The position numbers and the translations under genes are program-made. The notes beneath the pieces were generated by a model. That model made no database searches, had not been told where the DNA came from, and saw nothing but the letters and a program-made list of their open reading frames with translations. Shown in pieces: positions 63,241 to 64,000 of a stretch of DNA of 64,000 nucleotides (its first letter is position 1; every line of letters begins with the position of its first letter). Source of the DNA: Pseudovirgaria hyperparasitica (lineage: Eukaryota); assembly GCA_010093815.1 (NCBI GenBank), contig ML996575.1. The stretch is one strand, 5' to 3'.

Positions 63241-63910
63241 GGGGGGGGGAGGAAAGGGGGGTGTTACTGTTGGCCTTGCTTCTGATGTTCGTGCAATGTC
63301 GGCTACATAGCGAGGCGTTATGGCGTTTCTCACCGAGCTGGGCCGGTCGAGTTGAGCATATAGCCATTTTGCGCAGATTATGATACCAGATCTTGCATTA
63401 CCTTGCTTTACCTATCCCTCTCCTTCCCCACCATATCCATCCATCATTCACAACCCCTTACCCCATTCTACCCTACCCGGCACATCCACGTCGCCCCTTT
63501 TTCGACCCTCCAACCCTATATATATTCCCCCCTTCCTTGCCCCCTTCCATCCTTTCCTTCTTCTCTCCCACAGAGAACACACACACACACCACAAACACG
63601 AAACGCAGAATGCCAAAGGAGGTTACATGCTCTCGCCAAAGTGCGGGACGAAAATAGGAATGTCTCCGGTTGCTGCATCGGTACGAAAAATGCGTGTGCG
63701 TTTATTTAGCTTGATGGTGTCTCATACACGCTAGTAGAGTTGTGAGACAACATGATGTCTGGGTGGGTGTGTTGGGGTTCTTTCGGTGGTGAAGAGTAGC
63801 AGCAGGTGAGGAATGGTGATGAAGATTGTGGTGATGATAATCATCACAATCAGCAGAAACGGGCGCGGGCACAGGCATCGCGACTGCAATCGGTTTTGGG
63901 TGATGATCGT

Positions 63911-63948
63911 TTACTCATCGTCCCCCCTTGTTTCGCTGGTGCTGTTTT
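63911..63948 (-). CDS. Possible last coding exon of a gene extending beyond the window
   Basis: On the minus strand a pyrimidine-rich intron-like end (CTAAAC/TTAAC..CAAG) is followed by ..NSTSETRGDDE-stop. Too short to identify. Confidence 0.2.
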
Positions 63949-64000
63949 CTTGGGTAAGGAAAAAGAAAGTTAAGTTTAGAAAGGGTTTTGGAAAGAGTTA

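Overview
Eukaryotic, intron-rich DNA from a filamentous ascomycete (Pezizomycotina). The inference rests on short GT-AG introns with CTAAC/CTGAC-type branch sites, RIP-like AT-rich relics, and HET-domain and PTH11-like genes. I built about 20 spliced gene models by hand. Most are housekeeping or conserved: EMC3 and SPC2 head-to-head, two tandem C2H2 zinc-finger genes, NOP12, DEP1-like, VPS10, FAR-17a/AIG1-like, PTH11-like, PTC7-type PP2C, a CBS-domain protein, a GPI-anchored protein, a hybrid histidine kinase, a PPR-like protein and a purine nucleoside permease. Two accessory islands stand out. (1) 32.3-39.6 kb is a compact co-oriented trio: a 138-aa orphan protein that only appears after splicing, a CorA-like two-TM protein without the GMN signature, and a Ser/Thr kinase-vWA fusion. 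This is the best candidate for an undescribed signalling or conflict system. (2) 54.5-59.3 kb holds a minimal stand-alone kinase and a HET-domain gene interleaved with RIP-mutated transposon relics. An unusually long, structured EMC3 intron may host an H/ACA snoRNA. All family calls come from motif recognition; no database search was run.
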